From the human T2T-CHM13v2.0 reference genome, Homo sapiens: 64,000 nt of DNA. A model generated the notes under the pieces. It ran no database searches, was not told where the DNA came from, and was given only the letters and a program-made list of their open reading frames with translations. The translations under genes and the position numbers were made by a program. Where the stretch lies: the NCBI RefSeq assembly GCF_009914755.1, contig NC_060929.1; one strand, 5' to 3'. Positions 1-12,044 of this stretch are shown one piece after another. Numbering within the stretch: the stretch's first letter is position 1; each line of letters begins with the position of its first letter.

Positions 1-229
1 AACAGCTTTACCCCTTGATATGTCTATTATTTAGAGGAAAAGTGGAAATATACCAGCCCACAGGAGCACTAAATCTCACCATTCAAACATCTCAATTTTT
101 GAAATCGATTGTGTGATTCCAGATTACTAGGACCCTTGAACATCTGTCAGATGCAAATATAAATCTTCTCAAGAAGGAAGAAAACATTGACCTGGGATTC
201 AAAAATTACTTTTATAATTAATTATATAC

Positions 230-1015
230 AGTATCAGGCATTTAATGAAAAAAATATGAGGCCTGTAAGGAAAGAAGCCATCGTGTTAGAAAATCAAGAG
301 AAACAAATACAATCATAAAGAATGACACAGAGGATTCAGATAATGTAATTATCAGTTACAGACTTTAAAATAACTAGCTTAATATGAAAAAGGCCTTAAA
401 AGACAAATCTGAGAATTTCAGTAGAGAACAAAAAAATACAATGTGAAACAAATACATATTATAGAACTAAAAAAATGAAATAACCAAAAGAAATAATTTA
501 ATTGATAAAGTTAATAACAGGTTAGAAATTGCTGAAGCATGAAACTGAAGAAAATTGCTAGAATGAAGTACAGGGAGACAAAATAATGGAAAATAGAGAA
601 AAGAAAGAGAGTAAGAGTTGCAGAGAGGTCTAACATGCATGTAACTGGAGTTCTAGGAGGAGAGGAGAGAAAATGACAGAATGAATATTTGAGAAGGTAA
701 TTGCTAAAAATGAAGAAAGATTTCAGGATACAGATTCAAGAAGACCTAAAGGATCAGAAGAAATATAAGTAAAAAGAAATCCATACCTTAGCACTTCATA
801 GTAAAACCCCTGGGGAGAAAAGAGAAAGAATAGACATTAAAAGAAGTGGAAGAAAAAAAGACTATTTTCAAAGAAGTAATAATTGTCTCAACAACTGACT
901 ACTCCAATGAAACAATGAAAGCAGAAAATGCTGGAATAATATCTGCAAAGTATTGAAAGAAAATAACCTAGAATATCATATCCAGTGAAAAATGTCTTTC
1001 AAAAAGGAAGATGAG
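230..1015 (+). mobile_element. Ancient LINE-1 (L1M/L1ME-type) ORF1-region fragment
   Basis: A-rich sense strand with decayed ORF1 motifs: 'cagactttaaaataactagcttaatatg', 'aacatgcatgtaactggagttctagg', 'acagattcaagaag', 'tggaataatatctgcaaagtattgaaagaaaataacctagaatatcatatccagtgaaa'. Confidence 0.75.
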
Positions 1016-1039
1016 AAGTCAAAATGAACTAACTTATGC

Positions 1040-1358
1040 ATGATAGCAAATTATGAAAGCTGGACAAGAAAATAACACCAAAAGAAAATAATTGTTCGAC
1101 TTCAAAGGATAATCAAACAGAAAACCCGGGCTGTAATCCTTGAAAGAGTTTGAAGTGCATGAGGTGAGCTTCATATTTATTATGAATTTTCTCCTGGAAG
1201 TATTTTATAGTTTCTGGGGGCAGGGGGGACAATGTTTAAGCTTGGCAGTGCATTCTTGCTGGGCTGAAGAGACAAAGATTAGAGTTTGGGGTCACCAATA
1301 TGGATGGAAATCAAGGAACAAAATTTAGGAGAGAAGGTAGCCACAGAAAATGCTTTCT
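1040..1358 (+). mobile_element. Possible old L1M 5'UTR fragment
   Basis: 'ggctgtaatccttgaaagag...gaggtgagc...gggctgaagagacaaagattagagtttgggg' resembles L1MC/L1M4 5' ends. The match is weak. Confidence 0.4.
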
Positions 1359-1374
1359 CAGATATGGGCATTCT

Positions 1375-1701
1375 CTTTTGCTTTCTTTTCTTTTCTTTCT
1401 TTCTTTTCTTTTCTTTTTTTGAGACAGGGTCTCTCTGTGTCACCCAGGTTGGACAGGTTGAAGTACAGTGGCGTGATCTCGGCTCACTGCATCCTCCACC
1501 TCCCTGGGCTCAAGTAGTCCTCCCACCTCAGCCTCCCGAGTGGCTGGGACTACAGGTGCATGCCACCACACCTGGCTAATTTTTGCATTTTTTGTAGATG
1601 TGGGGAGGTTTCACCATGTTGGCCAGGCTCTTGGGTCCAAGTGATTCTCCCACATGAGCCCCCCAAAGTGCTGGGATTACAGGCATGAGCCACAAATGGC
1701 C
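1375..1701 (-). mobile_element. AluJ-type SINE
   Basis: (TTTTC)n tail, then 'gagacagggtctc...gggctcaag...cccaaagtgctgggattacaggcatgagccac'. TSD cagatatgggcattct (1359-1374) / cagctatggacattct (1701-1716). Confidence 0.95.
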
Positions 1702-1816
1702 AGCTATGGACATTCTGATGTGCCTTTATTCTTCATCCCAGTTTTTGGATTTTATGCCAAAGTATATTTTCTTGGGTATGGAGCAAACAGGATCTTCCTT
1801 TTCTTTCTTATCTCTA

Positions 1817-2309
1817 TGTCTTAAGTATATTTTCTCATTTTCTGTATCCCTGGTGCTCTGGCATTTGAAGCCTGGCAAACACAGAGAATTGCCTCTCCCA
1901 GGATTAACTACTTCTTAGAGATAACAACCAACTTGCCTGCCAATATACCTTTGATATGCAAGCCAATCCACCCTGAATTCACACCCCCACCCATCTCCTT
2001 TTCTCAGACTTCTACAGAAATCATTCAAGTCATCCAGTCTTAAATTTTAACATGTGTTAGCCTGCTCTGTCCATTCCTTCCCTTGAAAACTAGGAACCAC
2101 AATAAAGGCTTCTCCCACAAAGTCCCCTTTTCTCTTCACTTGCTCATCTCCCTCCAGTGCTTCCCTGTGTGGCTCTGCAGGTGTGCCGTGCCACCTGTTT
2201 CTAGGAGACTGTGACTGTAATAACAACTTCTTCCTTCATGCAATAGTTTTTGTGTCTGTATGTCTTACTATACCTGCTCAAAACAAATCCTCGTTATGTA
2301 TTTTGAACA
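1817..2309 (+). mobile_element. Solo LTR, ERVL class (MER74-like)
   Basis: TG...CA termini, internal 'accacaataaaggct' polyA signal, 5-bp flanks ctcta/ctctg consistent with a TSD. Confidence 0.65.
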
Positions 2310-3238
2310 CTCTGAGTTATAAGCAGCCAGCATTTTTTTTTAATTAACTAACAATCTTGCTCTTTACTTGATACAAGCACCAGCTTAAAGACCTCTTTAT
2401 TTACTACAGTTTGAAATATGTGGACTGAAAATGCACAGAATTGGCCTACGACCTTACCAATTTTATCCCTTCTAGCCAATTTAAATTTTAGTCTGATGAA
2501 ACCATTTCTGATTAGGGCCATTCAGTTCCCCATATGGACACAAAAAAATCTCATATTTCTCAGCCCTTAGGGTAACTTAGGCTGGCTATTGATGGAATGT
2601 TTATAAAAATTGGTTCGCCGTTTCTTTCTATAAATAGCACATACAAATCTTCATTAAATCTGATCTGAGATTCTGAGCAACAAAATAAAATTAAAACAAG
2701 AAAGTAGGTTGCAAAATATCTCATGGAAACATCAAGGAATTGGCTGAAGATGCACTTGACAGGAATCTTATACCTAATTTTGTTTCTGCTCTTTGAAAAA
2801 GCTATCTAACTGACTTACCTCTGGGTAAATAAAGCAATTAATTCATTCAAATAGAGATTTACTGCCCAAATTCTCACTCCTTTCTGTCATCTGTATGTGG
2901 GAATTAATGCTGCTTTCCTCTTTTACTTTTTCATTCTTTTAACTATGTGAACAAAATGTATGTCATTCATAGGTCTAGATTACAGATTTAATTTTTATCA
3001 TAATAATTCATGAAAACAGATGGGGAAATAGATATTTCGATTTAAAGAGTATTCAGAGATGTAGTTATAACATTAGCATTATAGGGTAGACCTTTATCTA
3101 ATCTGGTGGGAATTTAGAGCAATTCTAAAGCATACATTTAAGAACCATAAGGACTGTCTGCCTTTATTGCAATTTTAGCTTGTTCCCAATTCTGGAATGG
3201 TGATTGGGGAAGCCTCTTTACTATTATTAAAGTGTCTC

Positions 3239-3587
3239 TGTATTGCTGTTTTAGTCACTTTGGGTTTAAACAACAGAAGTTTATTTCTCATAGTTCTGGA
3301 GGCAGGTAGGCTGAAAATCCGAGATCAGAATGTCAGCATAATTGAATTCTGGCAAAGGTCCTTTTCTGGTTACAGACTACTGACTTCTTGTTGTATCTTT
3401 ATCTGGTAGAAAGAGAGTGCAAGCTCTCTCTGTGGTCCCTTTTATAAGAGTATTGATCTACCAGGAGGGCTCCACCCTCATGTCCTAATTACCTCCCAAA
3501 GTCCTCACCTCTTAATATGTTACGTTGGGAGGTAGAATTTATATGTATATACATTTTGGAGGGGTCACAAATATTCAGTTCATTGCA
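3239..3587 (-). mobile_element. MaLR LTR (MLT1A-like)
   Basis: 'aaacaacagaagtttatttctcatagttctggaggc', 'ctccaccctcatgtcctaattacctcccaaag', ending 'cagttcattgca'. Confidence 0.85.
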
Positions 3588-4129
3588 TTTACTGTCTTAG
3601 AAAGCAGCAAATTATTTACAACAAAAATGATTACTTCATTTAATGACTTGCTGGATGTTTATTTTTATAAATATTTAATGTTGCTTAAATTTATTTTATT
3701 TTTCACTCTGTAAATAGAAAAATGCAGAAAGGAAGTAAGAGAGAGCCTGCCACATGCATGCCACATGCAAGCCACTTTGGTACTACCAGAATGAAAGCAT
3801 TCCTGTGTAGGCACCAATCAGAGTAAATAGACATAGTGACGTGTATTTAAATAATTGTTTTTTTAAAAAATATCTTCTATGTGCATACCCCTATGCCATG
3901 TGTCTGCAGCTGGGGAATGATATGAAAATGAATTACCTAAACTTATCTTCAATGAACCACTATCCCAGAAGGACAGATAGATTTATAGCCCTCTCTTCTC
4001 AGGAATTTCATGACACTGTTCTCTCCTTCTGTGACTGTACCTTCCTGGTTTCTTAGGAAATTTGTTCTTCTTTATTTCAAAATTACATGTGTAGTTACTC
4101 AAGATAAAAATCTCTTTAAATGTATAGCT

Positions 4130-4930
4130 TCTCCACTGATGATCTTTATTCTTCTGGATTCATTACTATTTAAATGAGAACATTCACAAATTCATCTCTC
4201 TGGACCAGATCTATTTTCCAAACAATAAATCTGTGTATAAAACTAGGTTGTGCAAATTAAACACATATAAAAATAAACACATGATGTTCTCATGCAAACC
4301 TAACCTTTTTCCAGTATTCTCTATCTTTGTGAATGGCATTGCTCCAAACATCTAGCAGTCATATTCAAAACCTCCTATTTATTCACTGTCATACCAGAGC
4401 CGCTGCCAACTCAGCAAAAATTCCTCCAAATATTTATTGAATCAAACTGCTTCACTCTATGTTCATGGCATTCAAACTATTGTTCCAGGTACTCTCTATT
4501 TTATTCAGATGGTGTAATCACCTGCTATCTTTTCTACCCCAGCACATCCTCTATGTCCACCCTTATAAGTACACCTTATAATATTTTCCTTTGTAACACT
4601 TCTCTCTACATGAAATTCTATTACTACATCATATTATAACCTGTATTCATTTATTGTTACTAGAATGTTCACTCAGTGAGGGCAGGGTTTTCTGTTGTGT
4701 TGATCACTGATTTATCCTGAGTACCTAGAGCACTCACTGATATGTAGTATCTACTCAATACATACTTGTCAAAGTGTCTGTCTCCTTCATTAGAATTTCA
4801 GCTTTATAAGGCTGGACTCTTGACAGCCTAGTTCCTCCTTATATTACCAATAACTACAAGAGTGCTTATTACTTAAGAAAATCTCAGTTATGTTTGTTGA
4901 TGACTAAATGAATGTATAAATGAATGTACT
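4130..4930 (+). mobile_element. L2 LINE fragments including two 3' ends
   Basis: 'ctagaatgttcactcagtgagggcaggg...acctagagcac...actcaatacatacttg' and 'tgtctgtctccttcattagaatttcagct...tttgttgatgactaaatgaatg'. Confidence 0.7.
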
Positions 4931-5079
4931 CTATTTACTTTCAAAGAGTTTTCTACTTTTCTTTCAGAATAATATTTTGAAAACATAAAGCAGACCTTAT
5001 CAAACACATCAAACTGCTACCCATCTGCCCCACTCCCATTACATATACACTTAACAGAAAACTCATTAAGATAAACATT

Positions 5080-5535
5080 GATAGTCTGGCCTCTTCACAT
5101 TTTCCAGTCTTATATCTGCCTCACTGTCTGTCCCATCCACTGCAGTCTGTTTTTCATGACCTGATACTCACCATGTTCCTTCCTGCTATAGTGATCTGGC
5201 ACATATTTTCGCCTTGCCTGATGTGGCCCTTCCTCCTCCTCCTCTTCTTTATCCTAAGCTTTTCAATTACATGTTACTTCCTCACATAAGTCTTACCTGG
5301 CCTTCCTGGCTAGGAAAATTCTTTCTAAGTTCTTATAGCACTTCTCTTTCATTGCACTTATACAATATTACATTTATTTTGTGATTCATTTATTAATGTC
5401 TGCCTTCCTCTATAAAATTGTAAGCTGTATTAGGGCAATTCCTTGCCCACTTTTGTTCAACATTGTATGTCCACTAACCAGCATGAAGGCTGGCACATAG
5501 TTGGCAATCAAAAATGTATGTTAAATGAATGGATT
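5080..5535 (+). mobile_element. L2 LINE 3' end
   Basis: 'aatgtctgccttcctc...tgtaagct...ggctggcacatagttggcaatcaaaaatgtatgttaaatgaatgga'. Confidence 0.75.
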
Positions 5536-5659
5536 TTTAAATGATGAATATGGAATCCCATGAAAAGTGTGACATAATGCACACATAAATAAAGTACATA
5601 GAGGAATACTTGGCAGGACTAACTTTGAGTGACTTTCTATTCAAGACTTAGTTGCATAT

Positions 5660-6650
5660 TGCAGGGTCTCAGAGTCTCAGCAGGAAACATATCACACTGA
5701 AATTCAGGTAATTAGACAGTTTGCTTACTTACATAGGTTTGGGCAGGGATTCATGAAACTAACAAGGGATTAATTAGAAACTAACAAGTGCAGGTGGCCC
5801 TAAGGCCTAAAAATGGAGGGATAGAGTGATTGCAGATCCCAGAGAAGCTAGCTGCATGGAGAGGGCCACTTGACCAGAGCTGGCCTTCAGTAGAGGAACT
5901 CGTTCAGCTCATGGTTAATCTGCAGACAAGGGGCTGAGGGAAGGACTACCCTGTGTTTATGTATTAGTTTCCTGGTATTGCTGTAATAAATATTCACAAA
6001 CTTAGTGGCTGACAGCAATATACGTTTATTACTTTACAGTTCTTGATGGTCAAAACTCCCCCATGGGTCTCGCTGGGCTAAAAGTCAAGGTGTCGCAGGG
6101 CTGTGCTCCTTCTGGAGACTACAGGAGCCAATCTGCTTCCTTGCCTTTTCCAGCTTCTAGAAGACACCTGCATTCTTTGGCTTGTGCTCCCTTCCTCTAT
6201 CTCCAAAGCCAGAAGTGTAGCATCTTCATGTCTCTCCCTGACTGTGACTTCTGCTTCTGTCCTCACAACACCTTCTTTCTCACTCTTTCTCTGACTCTGA
6301 CCCTCCTACCTCCCTCTTGTAAGGAAACTTATGACTAGATTGTGCTCACTAGATAATGCAGAATAATTTCTCCATATCAAAAACCCTTAACTTAATCATA
6401 GCTATGAAGTCCCCTTTGCCATGTAAGGTAACATTCATATATTCTGAGGATTTGAATATGGACATTTTTGAGGGAACGTCATTCAGATTACCATATTTTC
6501 CCTCCACTATTCTCCTGCCAGTGCCTACTACTGGGGAAGCCATGAGGTAAAGAAAACCATTTGTGTCATCTATATCAATCAGCCTCCCAGGATACATGCT
6601 TGACAGATTTGGATTTGGAAGGAGAAATGGACTATATGTAGAGAAGCCCA
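5660..6650 (-). mobile_element. Old LTR (MLT1K/L- or LTR78-like) split by an MLT1D insertion
   Basis: 'agggtctc...cagcaggaaacatatcacactg' at 5660-5950 resumes at 6496 as 'ctcctgccagtgcct...cagcctcccaggataca'. Confidence 0.5.
5960..6495 (-). mobile_element. MaLR LTR (MLT1D-like)
   Basis: 'tgtattagtttcct...tgctgtaataaat...gggctaaaagtcaaggtgtcgcagggctgtgctccttctggag...ccttttccagcttctag...ccatgtaaggtaacattca'. Confidence 0.9.
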
Positions 6651-8439
6651 TATGTAGGAATTAATATTATATACTAGGTTGTATATTGGTTCTATCCTAC
6701 CCATTTTATAATCTGAACAGACTTTTTCATTTATAACTTTAATATTATGTATATATAAAACTATAAGTTTTTGAAATTAAAAATTTGATTTTAAAAATTA
6801 AAAATGTGATATTGTATGGAAAGCCCATATTTGATTTGATTTATTGCAATGTTATTTTTTCAAATAAAAACTTCTTATATCCAAAAAAATGGAAAAAAAT
6901 GTTAATTCATTACAGATTTATTTGATTTTAAATGTTTTACAATACATAATAATTTAGATAGTTTGAAGAAAATATGGTGACTATAGATTTGATGTATTAG
7001 ACAGAGGTCTTGATTCCTCCCATGTGACAATAATCCTCCATGTCATTGGATTCTAAAGAATTATTTTAAATTGAAATAAATATTTCCTTCTTAGGTGGAA
7101 AATTCTTAGACCAAGTGTAGAGTAATGTTTTCAAATATTTAAGACTGCAAACCCAAGAAATATATAAAATATCAGAATTTAAACCACTAGGAAAACCCTT
7201 TTAAAAGGATATTTCAGAAAAGAATAAAAGAGAATGAAAGGATTTCCTAATTTGAGATTGAAAAGTGAAAGACTCATCTTGAAACTAAAGCAATGATTAA
7301 CTAAACAGCCAAAGTGATACTTGTAAACATTTATGTATTGACCAGTATAATGTTGTATAATTCAACTTCTTTTTACAATCTGGCTTCTCTGTTATAAGGG
7401 ACTCTTGGTTTACATGTTAATAGCTGTTATCTTATGAATTGTGGCTCAAGCTCTTGAGAATGTTTGTGAAATGTGTTATTGTGGTTATGAGTCATTCTAG
7501 TCACTGCCAATATCTCTTCATTTTCGGGAGTTAGAGGAAGATGACTCAGTTAAGCCAAAATAATTGATGTAGCACATTGGTGAGGATTTATTATTATGTG
7601 CAGCTGTTCTTGAATATTGTCTTTCTCAGAGTACTGGCTCCCTTTTTTGGACATATTATCCTAGAATATAGAGGTCTTTCATACAAATACTTGCTAACTT
7701 GAAATTGTTTCTAGGAAGTTGACATATATCAGCCATAGATATTAAAACATTTAAAGGTATCTGATTCTGTAAGTAGGCTTGCTGGTGCAATCGGAAATCA
7801 GTTTATTCTATTAACATTTCTATAAGTCATGCATGACACTCATGATAAATTATGTCTGGGAATTGCTAGGATATATTTTGCTTCCAGAGATCCAGTTAGT
7901 CTTTTAATTCTTCTGCCATACACTAAACTTTCTTTTGATGTCTAGAGGCTTGATAAATATCAATTAATGCTTTCTTTCACACTTTGGATTTGTAGAGTTA
8001 TTTGCCACTCACTCAAGAAAATGGAAATATTCCTTTTTCTATATTTTTTCTAAATATGTTCTAATTCATTAATTTTATACTATTATATCTCAGCATGGTA
8101 AGGAGGGGACAACATAATAAATACTGACCTATTAATTGAAAGTTGCTATATAGAAAGACAAATCCATCTGGTATTATTTCATATCGAACAATTATTCAAT
8201 ATTATTATAACCATTGCAAGATGAAGGCAGAAATAATTTATTATTCTCCAGTAGGGTATCATTTGTTCAAAGAACTGAAGAAATTTAGCATGGTGACAGG
8301 CAGGGTTTTAAGAGAAAGGAAGCCTGGCTCTTGAGGAGACCAGAGGCCACATATATATACCAGAAAAATTATATATGTACCAGAGACCACATCAGAATGG
8401 GCCTTGTGTGTTATGAAAGGTATTTCAGGCAAAGCCACT

Positions 8440-8555
8440 GGGAAGCCGTGTGACTAGTGACAAGTTGTTTACCTCTCCGTATCACAGTGTTTTTATATAA
8501 AAGATGGAGATAATAATGCTGGCTGCCTCATCAGATACTTGTGAGAATGGAATGA
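8440..8555 (+). mobile_element. MIR fragment
   Basis: 'tgtgactagtgacaagttgtttacctctc...taaaagatggagataataatg' MIR core. Confidence 0.7.
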
Positions 8556-11500
8556 TTTTGCACATACATAAAAAAAAAATCATAAGTATTGGACAGATGC
8601 CAAGTTTACTGTTGAAAAATTTAAAGCAGAAAAATGATATCACACATCAAATCTCATCCAGAGTCCATGTCTTCTTTTATGGTATGTTTGGTATTTCCTG
8701 TATCATTATGACATTTTCCTAGTTTTCTTACACTAATAGGGTAAACAAAGCAAAGAATTGCCTAATCACCAGGAAGTTCATTAAGAATGGTTTAATTGAA
8801 ATTAAATTTTCAGGCCACTTAATATCACTCAGACTTACCACTTTAAGGTTAATTTATCATGTTTTTTTATAGTCTATATTTGGACAGTTACCATAAACAT
8901 GGCTTGATCAGCTCAATATTCTGTATAAATCTAACAGAAACCAGAGGCTCTCTTGCTGTATCTGTTTCCTAAAGAAAACAGTCCATGCCAAGTTTCTGTG
9001 GCAAAGGTCAGTACTTAATAGATACTGTGGTACAACTTAATAACCTTATAAAATTCTGGTTGTTAAACCACAACTTGGAATCATAGCCTTATTTTTTACA
9101 TGTGCTCTCATGCACATAGATTTTGGTGCATAAACAGATTTCTTAAGCATTTTCACTTCTTTGACTTCAAATGTATGTAATATATTAAAAATGTATATTT
9201 TTGTGTTATTTTCACCAATGCCACCCTTGTTTCTTTTAGTTACACACTCTTTCAAGATAAAATTAGAAGACAGGTAATTGTAAAGTAATTATGTTATTGA
9301 ATAACAAAGCACAATTGTTAGTGCTTTTTAAAATTATGTGGGAATAAGAGTCATGACAGACTTGCTTCAGGCACTGCAGTTTTCCCTCCCATTTCCTTGC
9401 CTCCTCTCACATCCTTTCTCCTCCTCTCCCCTTCTCTTCCTTCCCCTTTCCTTCCTCTCTCTTTCTCTCTCAATATAAAATCATCCCTGTAGGCAAAACT
9501 CTGGTATTTATTTCCATTAAGATGCTGAATGTTTTCCAAATCATTTTCCAAATCACTTATACATGAATAATTAAAAAACAATAAAAGGTATCAATATGTA
9601 AAACATTTCACTTGAATACATATTTGGAATTTTCACATAGCATTTTTACTTATAAATTAGGTGTCATACATTGAGATGAATTCATGTTTATGTATATATG
9701 CTAATTAGAACAATAAGAGGATTTTTAGCATTATAAACATGTTCTTTTCCACTCTACCAGTTTGCTCTTATATTTAAGTGCAAAAAAGAAGAGCACTTTT
9801 TGTCTGAGTATAACATTGGAATTTGAATTGAGGTTGTGGACAGTATGGCTACTGCAGTGTGGTTGCTAGAGGCACTCTGCTGATTTCGTATGTGTGGGTT
9901 GAATAGACTGCACTTTCAAATGGCACCTACATGAATCTAACTATAGCTTTGAAATAAATGAAAGGAAATGATTCAGCCCAACTGGAGTTTTCATAATGTG
10001 CTTAAACTGTGGACTGCAAGGATCCTGGGCGATTTTCTAGTCCTGACTCCATATGACAGATGGACACAAAGAGCCAGAAAGGTAAGACTGACAGCTATCG
10101 TTCCTGGAGAATGGAACCTCACCTCAGATGGAAGGAAGGCACATCCCTAGGCTTCTGCCAAGTCCAGATGGTCTTTACTAATTTCTTTTTGATGTTCTTT
10201 ACTTTCAGCTTTAAAAATAATATTCATAAAAGTAATATGTGCCTTTCTATAAAGACAATGGTTTATTTCTCTCACTCTGCCTGTTTTAATGGCCTGTCTT
10301 GGTACTTTTCCAGTTTTTAAGGGGAAAGTAATAAAACTCAAATACCTTCTAGCTGTCCAGCTTACCACTCTGTAACTTCCTCATGTTATGCCCATCATTT
10401 TATAATACATACCTAGAGAACATTTTCATTTGATAGGACTTAAAGCCATACTAATAATATTAGCCACTGTCCTATTTTTGACTTAGAATAATTTCTTCAT
10501 TTCCATTTCTCTAGTTAACTTCCTTTTATAGTCAAAATAAAAAGCTTACATTGTTTCCCTTCCAACATTAGGAACATAAACCAACTAACCAACGTATTAC
10601 TAAGAACCAGAAAAAAATATTAACTATTCTGGAAATGGTAGATGGAACTTGATTCAGGAGGGCAACTTTTATGCCATGGAGATAAGAAGTATAAGAAAAT
10701 GTTAAAAACAAAAGATTATATAACCCAAATGCTGAATATCTGTGAAGTCACATTGATCTGCTTTTTTACACATAAAATAAAACTATTACTGATGAAGAGA
10801 CTGAATCTTCACAGTTTCAGTTCATGAGAACACATCATGACGTTCAATTTTTAAAGTCTCAGACAAAATGTTATATAATATAAATGAATACTGTAGTCTC
10901 TTGAATTCTGGCTTGTATAGAAATTTCTACAATATCCAGAAGAGAGGAAAAGATGAAGAAGAAGAAACGGAGTTCAGTGAGTGTAGTGTTTATCTAATTC
11001 CAACTTCAAGACATACATATCTGAGCATGTGTGCAGTGAGAGAGGAGCTGGGACATTGAGACTCAGAACAGCCCTGATCTTGGAGAAAACTGTAAGCTCT
11101 TAATGAGGGTCATGCACCAGGATGTGTAGAGACCAGCCCTGAGGTTGAGGACTGGAAAATGAATCCAGGCCCTTCCTGCAGAACGCCTTCTAGGCCACTC
11201 TAAAGGATCTAGATATTTTTCCCCCATAATATTTATCCCTGCTTTTCTTAATTTATTTTTCAGTTTATAGAAGTATATCCTTAATTTTTTCAAAAACAGT
11301 ACACAGGAAAGAAAAATTCTGATGAAAGTTCTCATCTCCACTTCCTCTGGAAAACAGTATTTTGTCTTGTTTAACATAGGCCTTGCCTTTCTGATGCTGC
11401 TCCACTTTAAGTGTCTGGTGGGTTTTGGCTGTTTATTCATGTTTACGAATGAAGAATTAGGTAGATTAATGGGTCTTTTCTGCTGTTACTGACTTCTTCT

Positions 11501-11617
11501 CTGATAGCTCTCTATATTGGCAGGGTATGTTGACTGTGAGGTTTCAGGTAAATCCTTCGGTTCTCTTAGTGTTCAAACCACAACAGGGTCTCATCCCACG
11601 TGCTCTGTTTGCCTTTT

Positions 11618-12030
11618 CAGGCTGGGTTAGTCTGGGTCCCCTGAGAAGGAGATACCAAGATTAGAGGTGCAAGACATTAATTGGGGAAAACACCCATTAG
11701 AGGAACAGGGGAGAAAGGAAGATAAGGTGCAGAGAGCTTTCTGACCATGAGGCAAGCCTTACCTCTGTGAAGACAGGGAAGGAAGGAAGGCAGAATAGGT
11801 TGTCTTAGATGGCAGCACAGTTCCTAGAAAGATTATGCCAGGCTCTTGGGAACCTCTCAGGACAAAGTAGCATGTTAAAGAATTTCTGCATCTTGTAAGA
11901 TGAGCCTGCCTCTGTGTTCCTGCCACTCTCAGTCATTGGCTGAGAGAGCAGGAAGTGTGGTCTTTGAGTGTATTATGGTGGTACAGTCAGAGTGCAACAG
12001 CTGGAGATGTCAACCAGTCACTCTCCCTGT
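11618..12030 (-). mobile_element. ERVL LTR (LTR16-like)
   Basis: 'tctgggtcccctgagaaggagatacc...gtgcaagacattaattgggg...cctgccactctcagtcattggctg'. Confidence 0.75.
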
Positions 12031-12044
12031 TGCTGAACAGCCGA

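Noticed and set aside
7826-7837. 12-bp palindrome gtcatgcatgac
   Set aside because: Multiple palindromes of this size are expected by chance in a 64-kb window.
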